A stretch of DNA of 63,534 nt, filler included, from Octopus bimaculoides (lineage: Eukaryota), in the NCBI RefSeq assembly GCF_001194135.2. It is 8 parts of 8 records of this genome, joined end to end, with 100 filler letters (N's around TTAATTAATTAA, not from the genome) between each part and the next. Parts side by side here need not be neighbours in the genome. Positions count along the whole stretch, not along the records: positions 44,138 to 51,343 come from NC_068986.1; positions 51,444 to 56,147 come from NC_068983.1; positions 56,248 to 60,475 come from NC_068996.1; positions 60,576 to 63,534 come from NC_068991.1; 4 more parts are not named here. One strand, 5' to 3'. The notes under the pieces are model-generated. The model saw only the letters and a program-made list of their open reading frames with translations, did not search any database and was not told the origin of the DNA. This document shows positions 50,509-62,865 of the stretch, piece by piece; the stretch's first letter is position 1; each line of letters opens with the position of its first letter. A program made the position numbers and the translations under genes.

Positions 50509-51883
50509 TTAAATTAATTTATTCATTCCTCATATCTCTTGGCTTTTTATGGTTTAACTACCTCCCACAATGCTTCAGCTATCGTGGCACAGGACACTTT
50601 CACCCAGTAAGATGTTTGGAGGGAGTGGAGAGACTGGACCTTTAGTTATAAAAAATTAATTTCTCGATCTGTCGTTCAAAAGGAAAAGATCCAAGAGAAT
50701 ATAAAATAGATTTAAAATAGCATCTAGGTATTTAAGACTATTGTTGAATTCAAGCCATGTCTTTTGTTTTGTTTGCTATCATAGCGACATCAGTTATTTC
50801 ATTGTTTAGGTAATAGGAATATATTTTTCCAGATGGGGGATTGAGATCTTCGAAGCTGATTTGATGAACATCATAAAAAAATATAAGATTTATCGTTCTG
50901 ACTTCTTAAACTGAAACATGAAGCATTTTGAAGAATCAATTATTTACACACATTTCCTCTTACAAATCAAAGAACATGTCTGAAACAGACGCTCAAAAGA
51001 CTCCTAGCAAACGCCATAACCAAAAGATATAAGAAAATCAACACCTTAACACAGAGTGACACAAACACCGAAGCGAAAGATCTAGCTATTTTACCAAAGA
51101 TCATGTGGCGTAAGTGCAGGAACGAAATTTGTTTAGATGGTGCAAAACCCAGGCCCAAAAGCTTTTACAAACTATGTCGATTTTTTTTCAATCTTAATAT
51201 AAAAAAAACACAGGTAAAATAAAAATAGTAATTGTTATTATATTTGCATGTCAATCAAATCAAATTCAATAATAGGAAGGTGATGTTTCAAATCAGTCCA
51301 AAAATGTTTCTACGCTCGTTCGTTTCGGCGATGAAGTTTTTCANNNNNNNNNNNNNNNNNNNNNNNNNNNNNNNNNNNNNNNNNNNNTTAATTAATTAAN
51401 NNNNNNNNNNNNNNNNNNNNNNNNNNNNNNNNNNNNNNNNNNNGAATGTGTGTGGTGTAGGGTGTAAATGTTTACATGTGTTTATATGAGTGATCTGCGT
51501 GTGTCTGGTAATGTCCTTGTGAGAGGTCAGCAGTTACGGTGACAGGTTTATGTGTGGGTGGTTGTGTGTTTTTGCACATCTGCGTAGTGTCGGGGCATTA
51601 GAAGCGTGTAAGAGAGGCAGTCTGAAGGGTGTGTGAGTGGATGGGTGTGAATGTGTGTGTATGTATGTGTGCGTGTGTGTGTTGGCATTTGTGTGTTGGG
51701 ATGAGTGCGTGGACGGAGTGGGAATGTGTATATGTGTGTGCGTGTGTGCACATGTATGGGTGTCTGTGTGTGTGTGTGTGTGTGTGTGTTTATCTTTGTG
51801 TGTCATTCTGTCGCGCGTTCTCTCACTGTATAAATGTGTGTGTGTGTAACTTTCTCTGTGTCTACATACATACATACATACAT

Positions 51884-52053
51884 ACGACGGAATTCTTCCA
51901 GTTTCCGTCTACCAAATCCACTCACAAGGGTTTGGTCGTCCCAAGGCTATAGTAGATGACACTTGCCCAACGTGCTATGCAGTGGAACTGAACTCCAAAC
52001 CGTGTGGTTGGGAAGGAAGGTTTTTTTTTTTTTACCACAAAGCCACGCCTGCG
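51884..52053 (-). mobile_element. Family A SINE 5' part
   Basis: Homologous to the 60636 copy; poly-T run inside the head. Confidence 0.85.
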
Positions 52054-52960
52054 AAATGCTCTTCTTGTTGCTGCTGAAAGCGGCTCAATGTCCGCGCCAT
52101 TGCTGAAATGTTGGTTACGTCAAACGGTTAACAGTTGTTATTACAATAGTCTCGGCTGATTCAGCTATTGACCGAATCTCTCGATAAGAAAGAGCAAGAA
52201 GTCTTTTTTTTTCTGTCTGGTGGCGATGGTGAAGACGAAACGTTGAAAAGTTTGAAGAAAAAAGCTTTCTTCTTGAGCCAAGACCTCATCAACTTCATGT
52301 ACCGCTTAAGATGGGAAGTCAGAATAAAGTGAGAAGTGCTACATTTTATTTAATTTTATATGAAGCGTTGATGAAAGTGACAACACTGGCGAGATTAAAC
52401 AGGTCTACACAAACTTAAGGCTGAAGATTGGTGGCAAAAACGAAGAGAATGCATTTTTTTTTTCTTTTGGTATGTCAGGATAATGTCAGGTTGTGTATGG
52501 AGTAATTAAGTCACTTGAAATGATCGTTTTTATTACTTTCTTATTTTATGTCACTATTGCTAATTCTGTTTTTATCTAAGTCTTTTCCTACTTTTATTCG
52601 ATGTAAACACTCCATTGCTTTTCGTATTTCACCCTTTCTTTTATTGTCCCCATCATTTGGCAGCTAAAAATATCAATATCGTTATGCTGTTTATGCTTAT
52701 GATGATGACAGGTCTGTTGGTGATTTTTCAACTGGTGTCAGTGTTTCCGATATGCCTACCCTGGTTACCCTGGTTACTGCTGCCACTGCTGTTATTGTTG
52801 TTGACGTGGTGTTTGCTGTTGGACTTTTCATCATTCGTCATCCTTTAGTATTCCTTCTTTTTTTTTTCCTTCTCCACCTTTTCTATCTTTTATATTTGTC
52901 TACTTACCTTTTCAATCTTCCTCCTTATTCCCTCCATTTGCTGTTCTTCGTTTTTTTCCG

Positions 52961-53028
52961 TCTTCTTCTTCTTCTTCTTCTTCTTCTTCTTCTTCTTCTT
53001 CTTCTTCTTCTTCTTCTTCTTCTTCTTC

Positions 53029-53078
<50 letters not shown>

Positions 53079-53157
53079 TTCTTCTTCTTCTTCTTCTTCT
53101 TCTTCTTCTTCTTCTTCTTCTTCTTCTTCTTCTTCTTCTTCTTCTTCTTCTTCTTTC
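52961..53157. repeat. (TCT)n(TCA)n(TCT)n compound trinucleotide array
   Basis: Direct run; the source of the poly-L/I/F and poly-E/D/K pseudo-ORFs. Confidence 0.95.
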
Positions 53158-54675
53158 TTCACGACTACTGCTACTGCCACTCAACGCTGTTCCTTTCTTA
53201 CATCTCTCTCGCTTACCTGTCCTCCTCTCCACTCTCCCTTTCCATTTCTTCTTGCTCTCACAACGCTAACGAACCGTTCTTACTTGGCCCCTGTTCAACA
53301 CAAAACAGAAAACAATGTCACTTCCTTTATACGCTGGATTACGTCTCAATTGTCCACACCAATAGATGCTGGTGTATCAAGTGAGTAGCACAACTCAGTA
53401 CTAGTATTGTCGAATGGCAACCAACACACATAGAGAAAATACAGTAAAGAAATCAGACCGACGTACAAACATAGATAGACCAGTCATAGGTATCACATTT
53501 TGGCACTAAAAAGAAAGAACAACAATGGTGTACAAACAACACATTAGGTCCATCGTGCACTATACTAGTCCTACCTGATTGTCAATCTCTCTGCAACAAA
53601 CTACAACAAATTACAAAATAGTGCACTATGCATCATAACATGCTTTGTACAGAACACCTCTACAACAAAACAAAAATTCCAAGAATGAAAGAGAGACCGA
53701 CATGCAAAGGGTACGACTTTTTGTTGCAGCAAACTTTAACTATCACAGCCTATGTCAGCAAGAAAAACATCACCGCCAAATATCCACCTATATACAATAT
53801 CTCAGAGCACTACTACATCTTAAGTACACTTTTGTAACCCAGACAAGCATTACGAATAGGTATATACAGTAATAGCTGCAATGTCAATAACCTGACTAGC
53901 CCCAAATATTGTGCTGGTATGTATAACATCAGCAATGAATGCAGAGAATCAGCAACTATTGGGGTCCCATCGAGTCTATGTCACTCGCTTTTTCTATAGC
54001 CACCACCAGGACCTACAGGTGTAGAAATATAAAACAGGCAGTGAAGAGTGTGCAGTATGTTCAGACTGTGACGTTGCACCCCATACAATTTACTACTGTT
54101 TACTGTGTGCAGTATGTCCCTCAACTAAACAGAAGCATTGTATAACTATGAAGAAAGATCTGTGAATCGCGCCTCGACATTCCCGTGATATCTGCGTACC
54201 ATAGGACAGCTCGATCAAGCTTGACTTGGAGTTACACAATAATTAGTGTCCTCGAAATAATTAACAAAGAATTAAATATTTAGTATTGTTTGTCAGGGCC
54301 ATCATTTACTTTTAATATTATTGTGGTCGGTGTGGTTGTTTGTTGCATAGGTACAGGTCAGTCCTGACCGAGATAATCTATGATCAAGATCATTCCAGCG
54401 GTGACCGTCCCGTCCTCTTCGAAAGGTGTTCGGGTAGATTATCCAATGACTCCATTCCTTTCCAAAGATGCCATGAGAGATATTTTGTCCGACTATTTCT
54501 AACAAGTCGACCTTACCATACTATTCCCGCCAGCAGTATAACAAACAAAAGCAACCAGGATTTGAAGTAAGAGCAAAGTGAGTTAGAATAAATACTGCGA
54601 GACAGTCTATGAAACCAGTGAAATGGTTCCGCCAATTCAACTATTTGTATAAATAATACTGCATGTCGGGCAAAA

Positions 54676-54809
54676 TGCTGAGCTAGACACTAAATCGTCT
54701 AACCACATAAAATATTTTTCACCTATATTATTACGTTTCGACACGTGGTGTAATAATATAAGCGAAAATATTTTATGTGGTTAGACGATTTAGTGTCTAT
54801 TTTTCAGCA
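54676..54809. repeat. Long hairpin (34-bp perfect inverted repeat plus inner 11-bp stem)
   Basis: 54684-54717 is exactly complementary to 54766-54799; 54724-54734 pairs with 54750-54760. Confidence 0.9.
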
Positions 54810-55549
54810 TATTGGCAAAGAAATTTCTTTCTTTGTGCCCTTATTTACAATTGCATTTATAATTTTTACCTTAAAAAGCATTTTTCATATGCTGCCACTG
54901 ATAAAATTTAAATTAGAAGTATATATATNNNNNNNNNNNNNNNNNNNNNNNNNNNNNNNNNNNNNNNNNNNNNNNNNNNNNNNNNNNNNNNNNNNNNNNN
55001 NNNNNNNNNNNNNNNNNNNNNNNNNNNNNNNNNNNNNNNNNNNNNNNNNNNNNNNNNNNNNNNNNNNNNNNNNNNNNNNNNNNNNNNNNNNNNNNNNNNN
55101 NNNNNNNNNNNNNNNNNNNNNNNNNNNNNNNNNNNNNNNNNNNNNNNNNNNNNNNNNNNNNNNNNNNNNNNNNNNNNNNNNNNNNNNNNNNNNNNNNNNN
55201 NNNNNNNNNNNNNNNNNNNNNNNNNNNNNNNNNNNNNNNNNNNNNNNNNNNNNNNNNNNNNNNNNNNNNNNNNNNNNNNNNNNNNNNNNNNNNNNNNNNN
55301 NNNNNNNNNNNNNNNNNNNNNNNNNNNNNNNNNNNNNNNNNNNNNNNNNNNNNNNNNNNNNNNNNNNNNNNNNNNNNNNNNNNNNNNNNNNNNNNNNNNN
55401 NNNNNNNNNNNNNNNNNNNNNNNNNNNNNNNNNNNNNNNNNNNNNNNNNNNNNNNNNNNNNNNNNNNNNNNNNNNNNNNNNNNNNNNNNNNNNNNNNNNG
55501 GGGGGGGAGAGAATGGTTTATGAACGTGGTCAAATTTTCTTTTATTAAA

Positions 55550-56106
55550 ATCCTAGATGTTTTTGATTTAGTAAGAGTATTGGAAGGTTTGATTGTATAA
55601 CGTGGAAAATGTTAGTTATTCCAAGATTGTGTGTATTAATAAATGGAATTGTATGTTACTTGCTCTTTTCCTTTTGGAGTCCTTAGTTGTGTGATGTCTA
55701 ATATCATCGTTTTCTAGATTCCATTATTTATTAGTTTCACGAGGTAATTTTATAGGAAGTTTTTAAGTTCATCAAGTCTAATTTGACGTATTTGTGGGTC
55801 AATTACTATGGTGCAGATGCGTCTTGCCATACTGTATGGGATGTTCCTTTTGATGTGTGAGGAATGGCAAGAGCAAACATTTAAACATTGGTGTGTGTCC
55901 GTTGTTTTGTAAAATATGCTTGTTGTAACAGTGGAATTGTTTATTTTGATGTGAATGTCTAGGAATGGTAGTTCATTGTAGCTGGTTTCTGCTGTGAATT
56001 TGATAGATGGATGCAGTTTGTTGAGGATGTTGTGAAATGTTCGTATGTCTTTTGGTCTATCCCAAAAAATGAAGCTGTCATCGAGATAGCGCTTCCACTT
56101 CTTCAC
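55550..56106 (-). mobile_element. Penelope-like element RT fragment (thumb/linker region), truncated
   Basis: KWKRYLDDSFIFW...LNKLHPSIKFTAETSYNELPFLDI...FYKTTDTHQCL...CHSSHIKRNIPYSMARRICTI, typical PLE YxDD, KFT, PFLD and post-RT motifs. Confidence 0.9.
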
Positions 56107-56109
56107 GAT

Positions 56110-56147
<38 letters not shown>

Positions 56148-56247
56148 NNNNNNNNNNNNNNNNNNNNNNNNNNNNNNNNNNNNNNNNNNNNTTAATTAAT
56201 TAANNNNNNNNNNNNNNNNNNNNNNNNNNNNNNNNNNNNNNNNNNNN

Positions 56248-56558
56248 ACTACCTAGCTCAGATACCAGGAAACCCCAAAATGGCTAAAGTTCAAAAGATA
56301 GTGCTCATGGGAACTGCCCATATCCTACGTAAAATACTGTCTATGTGATCTCAAATTTTAAAGCAAACACATAATTTTCTTATGGTTTCTTAAACATTCA
56401 CTTGAACAAAACTGTACAAATCCAAATATATGGTACCCTAGGTATAACACCTACATGAACTTCTAACTTGTTGTCTCTTGAGGTCTCTGGGTGAGACTTG
56501 GATCCAACTTGTACAAATGCAAAACAAAAGTCAAACATAAAATAATAATAATAATAAT
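56248..56558 (+). mobile_element. R4/Dong-like LINE extreme 3' end, 3' UTR and (TAA)n tail
   Basis: YLAQIPGNPKMAKVQKIVLMGTAHILRKILSM* followed by ~190-bp UTR and aataataataataat. Confidence 0.75.
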
Positions 56559-56559
56559 T

Positions 56560-56830
56560 TTGCAGTAGCAAGCAGTGGCTCTCATGTCTTCTGATCTTAA
56601 CTGATTGAAAGTGTTATCAGGTACATTGATTTGTCTTGGTATAAAAAGATGGGCTACAGCAAATATTCTGTTTAATACAACAGATCTGCTTGTCAGTTGT
56701 TTGACCTTAACCAGTTGAGCATGTCCCTTAGTGACTGACGATTTGTGCATCTCGGATCACAAGCAGGAGTAGTGGGGGAGCATCATAGCCATGTATTGAG
56801 AGCAATTCTTTGGAGTTTGAATATTTCAAC
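56560..56830. repeat. Interspersed repeat family F
   Basis: Aligns with 59750-60010 and the reverse of 7740-7890. Confidence 0.8.
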
Positions 56831-57420
56831 AAGTTTGTGAAGCTTTTGCCACCCTTCTTCTATCCGCTATCACTACTGAGTCCAAACGTGGATATAAGAC
56901 GGCGTTTCAGTCGCCCAGTTAACTCTAATGGTCGGGACGTTCCTAGGAAAGCCTCTAGACTTCTGAAAAAATCCGACTGTCCTGCTTATATCAGAATATA
57001 AACAGCCACCACTCTGAAGACATTCCCGTCACTACTGTTCAAATCCAGGACCACCAGCTTACTTTCTGGGTCCGGGAAGATAGTTCTTATCTTGAGATTC
57101 AGGCCTCTCCGGATTAACACGATGGTTGCACCTCACAAGCATTCTCTGTGGACATGAACATAAATATATCTCACATCAACCGAAAATGGGCATAAAAGAT
57201 TGTCGGTCAGAGAGTCTGGTTTCACTGATAGCCACTACAATAACAGTGACCTAAGATCGTTCAGTAGATGGCCTTGTTTTCAAGGCAACCCCAGGCCAAG
57301 TACTCATGCACTGCCTACTCTGTGCAAGGCCATGTTAGATTAAGGTATAGAAGCGGACAAATGATTTACTTGGCAAGTAGGGTCATGGACGTTCCGTCTC
57401 CATAGGCATATGTAGATGTT
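56830..57420 (-). mobile_element. L1/Tx1-like ORF2 start: AP-endonuclease fragment, pseudogenised
   Basis: ATG at 57333: MALHRVG...KQGHLLNDLRSL..VAISETRL...KLVVLDL..FRVVAVY...LGD*NA (ET and GDWNA motifs). Confidence 0.75.
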
Positions 57421-58460
57421 TTCACGAGCAGTTGTTTATATATTCTTTTATTTATGTCTCTCTAGAATACATTCAGGATATTTTGTGTTGATGGTGTTGT
57501 ATGTGTGTTGTAATGTTTGTATGATTTTCATGCGTGTTGATGTGTTGTTTCTAGGTGTGATAAAACCGCTGTGTGTGATGTCTGTATGGTTATATATGTG
57601 ATCCATCAGTTTTTTATTGTTCGTGTTTATTGCTACGTAATTCAAAATGTAACTTTTGCGTGTGTTTAAATGTGAGATCTGAAAGTTGTGTGTGTCTGAA
57701 TTGGGTTGCGATTGTGATAATGGTGTCTGTGATAGTGGTGGTGATCATGATACTGATGGAGATGATGTTGTTGGCGGTGGAGATGTGACTCTTTTCGAGA
57801 AGGTATTTAAGAATTTGTTTTCGGTGGTATCTTCCCCACCTGGTCATACCTCCCAGTTTTGTTTGTGTTGATGTCAGTGTTACTCTGTTCCTTTTTCTTT
57901 TGTTCGATCTACCAATTTTGCCATTTAAGCTCTTCGTGCTTCTCCTCACTGCAAAACATATCTCATTTCTCCGAACTCAGGAGGAGCAAATCTTGCGAAG
58001 CTTTTTATGGCTTTTCTGTTGATAAAGTTGTTGTTGTTGATGCCTGGGTAGATTCTGATGATGTGGTTTTTACTGCTATGGATGTTGGTGATTTTTCTGT
58101 TGTTGTTTCTTGTTGTTGCTGCAAGTGCTGTCGGTGCCTCTGTAATTTCAGTTGCTGCTATTATTATTACTGCTGTTTTTGCAGGTGTAGTGGTCACCTA
58201 CTTTTGCTGGTACTGTTTTTGTTATGGTGGTGACTCACTTTTCTCTTTTATGCTGGGCAGAAAGCTTTGAGATGATTTGGTTTTCTCCCCTCAACAGTCG
58301 CGTGAAGCTTTGTACCATCTGGGAGGCTGATAATGTCCGGCATAAGCTCGACGCTTGGATGCTCTGCGTGTATTAGTAGCCACATACCCTGTCCTAACCA
58401 CTCTTGCTTTTGCATGCTCTGTATTCGCAGAATAGTGGTTTTATCTTCTATGTCGAAGGG
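57420..58460 (-). mobile_element. Decayed L1/Tx1-like ORF1 (gag-like) and A/C-rich downstream region
   Basis: QEWLGQGMWLLIHAEHPSVELMPDIISLPDGTKLHATVEGRKP resembles the pre-knuckle region of Tx1-type ORF1; heavily degraded. Confidence 0.5.
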
Positions 58461-59415
58461 ATGTTTATTTCTAGTTGTATGTTTATTTCAGCAGATGTTT
58501 ATTTCAGCAGATGTTTATTTCTAGTTGTATGTTAAGCACTCTAATTATATATAATTTTCCAATAGGCAGATGGAGATGAAGATGAGTTCGTCTCTCGTGG
58601 CTATTGAGTAATTTTTGGCCTCCTCTTCTAAGGCGAACCTCACTTTCACAGTCCTGTATTTCATCCCCTTGGTTATATATATTTTTCTCTCCCAAACTGG
58701 CCGTAAACAGTTTTCAATTTACTGATGTGCTGTCTGCTCTACTTTACTACTTTTGGCTTTAATTGGTTTATAAAGAAACGTCTGCAAATTAATTTCTTGC
58801 AGGACAGTTCGAGTAATATTTGGTACCATATTTCTCTAACTTACATGTCTCTAACTTACATTTAGCACTTTCATTTATAAAAATGTCTTCGCTTAATTGT
58901 GTTGTCGCTTGCTCATTATCGAACTCGCGAGGCTTGAACTGGCGTTGTTCGTTTTCTTTGTTGCGGTCACAGTAGAGTGGCAGTCTTCTCGCTTGTATTG
59001 TTGTTTTTTGTTGTCATAGTTTCCTTTTGTTCCTACGATGGTGAAGGTGGTGGTAAAAGCAAAGGAAAATTACTTTCATGTGCGCTATTATTGTTGCATC
59101 TGGTGCTGCTAATAAAGCCAACATTACCTTTCAAGACTTCGCTGTTCTCCTTTCCGGATAATCGGCTGTCCCTTTCAGCGGACAAACAATTCTCGTTCAG
59201 TATCTTAGTATCTTTGCATAAACAAATACCAAAGTAGACCCTGAGCGCTAACCTGCTTCATAAGGTCCTGGTTAGTTTTCCTAAGTAACGATAACAAATA
59301 TGCAATGTGTAACAATGTATAACAATGTTTACCAAGGTTTAACAATATAAATAACAACACATTTACGGATGTGATGTGCAACACGTTCCCATAGACGAAC
59401 AACAACAACAACAAC

Positions 59416-59458
<43 letters not shown>

Positions 59459-59460
<2 letters not shown>

Positions 59461-59698
59461 CCTTTCTACGATAGGCACAAGGCCTGAAATTTGGGGGAGA
59501 GTACTAGTCGATTACATGAACACCAGTGTTTTACTGGTACTTATTTATCGACCCCGAAAGGATGAAAGACAAAGTCGACTTTGATGGAACTTGAACTCAG
59601 AATGTAGCGGCAGACGAAATACCGCTAAGCATTTCGCCCGGCGTGCTAACGATTCTGCCAGTTCGCTGCCTTAAAGATTCTGCCAGTTCACCGCCTTA
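59459..59698 (-). mobile_element. Family B SINE inside (AAT)n, with 25-bp tandem duplication of its 5' end
   Basis: Reverse of the 35297 family; 'gattctgccagttc' at 59651 and 59676; (AAT)n on both sides. Confidence 0.9.
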
Positions 59699-59749
59699 AT
59701 AATAATGATAATAATAATAATAATAATAACCTTACTAATAGTAATAATA

Positions 59750-60150
59750 ATGCAGTACCAGGTAGCTGGTCTCATTGCTTCCCATCCTAACTGATTGGAG
59801 TGTTATGATATATATGTTTTGTGTTGGTATAGAGACAGGTTACAACAAATATTCTGATAAATTCTACAGATATGCTTGTCAGATGTTTGACAATAACTTA
59901 GTTGAGCATGTCACTTGGTGGCTGACGATATGTGCATCCCTGATGACGATTAGAAGTTGTGGGAGAACATCATAGCCATGTGTTGAGAGGAATTGTTTGA
60001 GGATTGGATAATATGGGTATTATGTACATCATACTTTAACAGCCTCTATCCAGAGTGGGCTACTCAACCCGAAGAAACTTCTAACTGGGTCCCACCTGCA
60101 AATGTCATGTGTTGTTTATCTTAGTACGAGGTTACCATATCGTGCATATG
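59750..60150. repeat. Interspersed repeat family F, longer copy
   Basis: Aligns with 56560-56830. Confidence 0.75.
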
Positions 60151-60635
60151 ACTTCTTTGCTTTATCCGTTTTTGTTGTACCAACGTTAGTTATCTCTCCT
60201 GTGATTTACTTTCAATTTCTTTTTGTCTTTTTTTATGCACTTTCCCTATTCAAACGTCATCTGCTTTGAACGCAAGTGACAAACGGTTTTCTTCTCAGCT
60301 TCATAAATGTCGCAATGAATTAATATTTCGGGTACGAAACCCTGGATAGCTATATTTCGTAAGACTTGTGGCTTTCGTTATAACATTATCTATATCCCTT
60401 AGTTGATTGAGTACTATTCTACTTGTTGAAGCCTTACCACACTACATATACATATGTGTGTATGTATGTACATATNNNNNNNNNNNNNNNNNNNNNNNNN
60501 NNNNNNNNNNNNNNNNNNNTTAATTAATTAANNNNNNNNNNNNNNNNNNNNNNNNNNNNNNNNNNNNNNNNNNNNTGACAAACACAGACTCACAAACATA
60601 TACACACACATACATACATATATATACATATATAT

Positions 60636-60797
60636 ACGACGGGCTTCTTTCAGTTTCCGTCTACCAAATCCATTCACAAGGCTTTGGTCGGTCCGAGATT
60701 ATACTAGAAGACACTTGCACAAGTTGCCACGCAGTTGGAATGAACCCGGAACCATGTGGTTGGTAAGCAAGCTACTTACCACACAGCCACTCCTGCG
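60636..60797 (-). mobile_element. Family A SINE 5' part, best-preserved copy
   Basis: Reverse strand: TGGCTGTGTGG A-box, GGTTCATTCC B-box-like motif, CORE-like AACTTGTGCAAGTGTCTTCT. Confidence 0.9.
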
Positions 60798-62049
60798 CCT
60801 ATATGCGTATGAGTGTATGTTTAAAGATAGACAGACAGACAGACAAATAAATCGATAGATGCTTGTAGACTGTTACATTCTCTGCTGTGTCCAGATAGGC
60901 CGAATTGCCATCTCCATTGAATTTTATGGAAGGCCAGCAGTTATCTATGTAGTAAGTCTGTTCCTTTTTACGTTATTAATGTTGCATAAGGGAAGGGCAA
61001 CGGCGTATGTGGCACCTGTATTTTTAGAATTACATGTTCTTACTTGAGAACAAAAGAATACATCAGGTGTTCTAACTTTGAATTTTCTCTCTGTTCACGC
61101 CTGATAACGTTTCTATTCCTGGAAATGGCCCCAAGACATTTGAGGTTAGTATTCCAACGATTAACTTTCTTTAGAGAAAAAAATTCGAAGCACGAGTCTT
61201 ACCGTGCGTAGATGCCCCGCCTTCCCTTCTTTTACTAAAAGTAGTTCTGAAGGACTTAGAAATTAGGATGTACGATTAGGCTACATATTGGATTTGATTA
61301 TCAAAGACAGTTTCAGAAGCATGTTATATGATTATTAGAGGCCTTTTGAGACCTGTCATAGGTAAAACTAAATGTATGCATCACTCTGGCTCCGATTTTC
61401 ATTCAAATATTTGAACCATCCGATATATCGTTTCTATTGGCCGTGCATTTATGGTGCAAGTTGAAATACCCTAACCAATTGAGCGATTGTCTTTACGAGT
61501 TTCCATTCAGTTACGCTTTGTGAATCTTAACAGAATATCTTAATATCTAGGAGTTTTAATTTCAGTATAGCATACAGTTTCGGAGTCTTATGAAGTATAG
61601 TATCGATTTATAGGTAGCACTATGGTACTAGATTATGTTCTGGGTCATGGTAATTGAGTTCCAAAATATCTTGGGAAAAAGATGTAGAATTTCCAGTCTC
61701 CTTTTATCTGAATGATAGTAGATATTAAGAAGAATGACTTTTGACACTGTTTGAGATGAACCCTATGCGAGACCATTCAAAGCTACCTGGATGTGCCTCC
61801 GATACTCTCTGCATTATTTCAATGGAAAGGAAACATCATCTGAGTAGGCTGATTAATGAGACTTCAGCAATTATACGTTGACTGTTGCGGTGGTGTCTGC
61901 CTTTCCGAATGTTATCAATCGTAATTGTAAGATCTAAGAAGCGGTGTTATCTAAGCAGCATTAGCTGACTTTAACGTTAGCGGAATTGAAGACTTTGTTT
62001 TGTTTCGGTGACTTTGTAAGTATCATTTTATTGGAAATAGAAAGGTTGT

Positions 62050-62420
62050 TTTTTTTCTTGTTAAGTTTCAGTCCAAGGACTGTGGCCATTCTGGAGCATC
62101 GCCATTTACTTTCCTACACTTTCACTAAACTTCCTCTGATGTGTGACATTTGGTGGGTGAGGGAGTTCAACGTCGCTACCCTCATCTGTGTTTCTTGCTT
62201 TGTAGTAGGTTCATCCGGAACTCTTGACAGAAGGAGATCTAGTCTTGTTTTGAAATAGACTACATCCATGCCATGCAGGTCTCTCAGACTTTATGGGAGG
62301 ATATTGAAGAGCTGTGGGGCTTTCCGGATATTTTATGACACCATTAATGTTTAAAGTTTGAATGATATTTCACTCTCCCTGGTTCCTCTACGGAGCATTT
62401 GTATTGCTTATATACTTGTT
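62050..62420 (-). mobile_element. CR1/L2-group LINE 3' end
   Basis: APQLFNILP*SLRDLHGMDVVYFKTRLDLLLSRVPDEP...NSL, a typical CR1-like C-terminus, then a short UTR and A-rich tail. Confidence 0.8.
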
Positions 62421-62570
62421 TCTTGCTAAAGCCGTATCTAGGTCATATTTTTAATAATTAATGGCCTTGTTAACGATGTAGTTTTATCAAAGTCAATCAA
62501 AAACTCATTTATTTTACCAACTGCAAAATTCCTAATTCTGGGGGGAGTGGGAGGTCAATGGAATTTTCGC

Positions 62571-62784
62571 GCTTACTCTCTTTTACTTTTTTTCAGTCAT
62601 TTGTCTACGGCCATGCTGGAGCACCACCTTTAGTCGAACAAATCGACCACCGGACTTATTCTTTATAAGCCTAGTACTTATTCTGTCGATCTCTTTTTGC
62701 CGAATTTTGCTATGTTACGGGGGACGTAAACGCACCAACATCAGTTGTCAAATGATAGTGGTGAGGTCAAACACAGACACACAA

Positions 62785-62865
<81 letters not shown>

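Noticed and set aside
52060-52330. Exon-like segment with open frames on both strands
   Set aside because: Strand and frame are ambiguous and no motif is recognised; could be UTR or chance.
53560-54170. Cys-rich stretch (CAVCSDC...HTIYYCLLC) as an L1/Tx1 C-terminus
   Set aside because: Composition is suggestive but motif order is not convincing; left uncalled.
58461-58533. CRISPR-like array
   Set aside because: Spacers are only 5-7 nt and repeated, the context is eukaryotic, and there are no cas genes; no CRISPR is seen anywhere in the window.
58900-59260. GC-richer unique segment with a minus-strand AAG|gtaatg donor and a plus-strand 86-aa ORF
   Set aside because: No clear acceptor or homology; insufficient evidence to call it coding.
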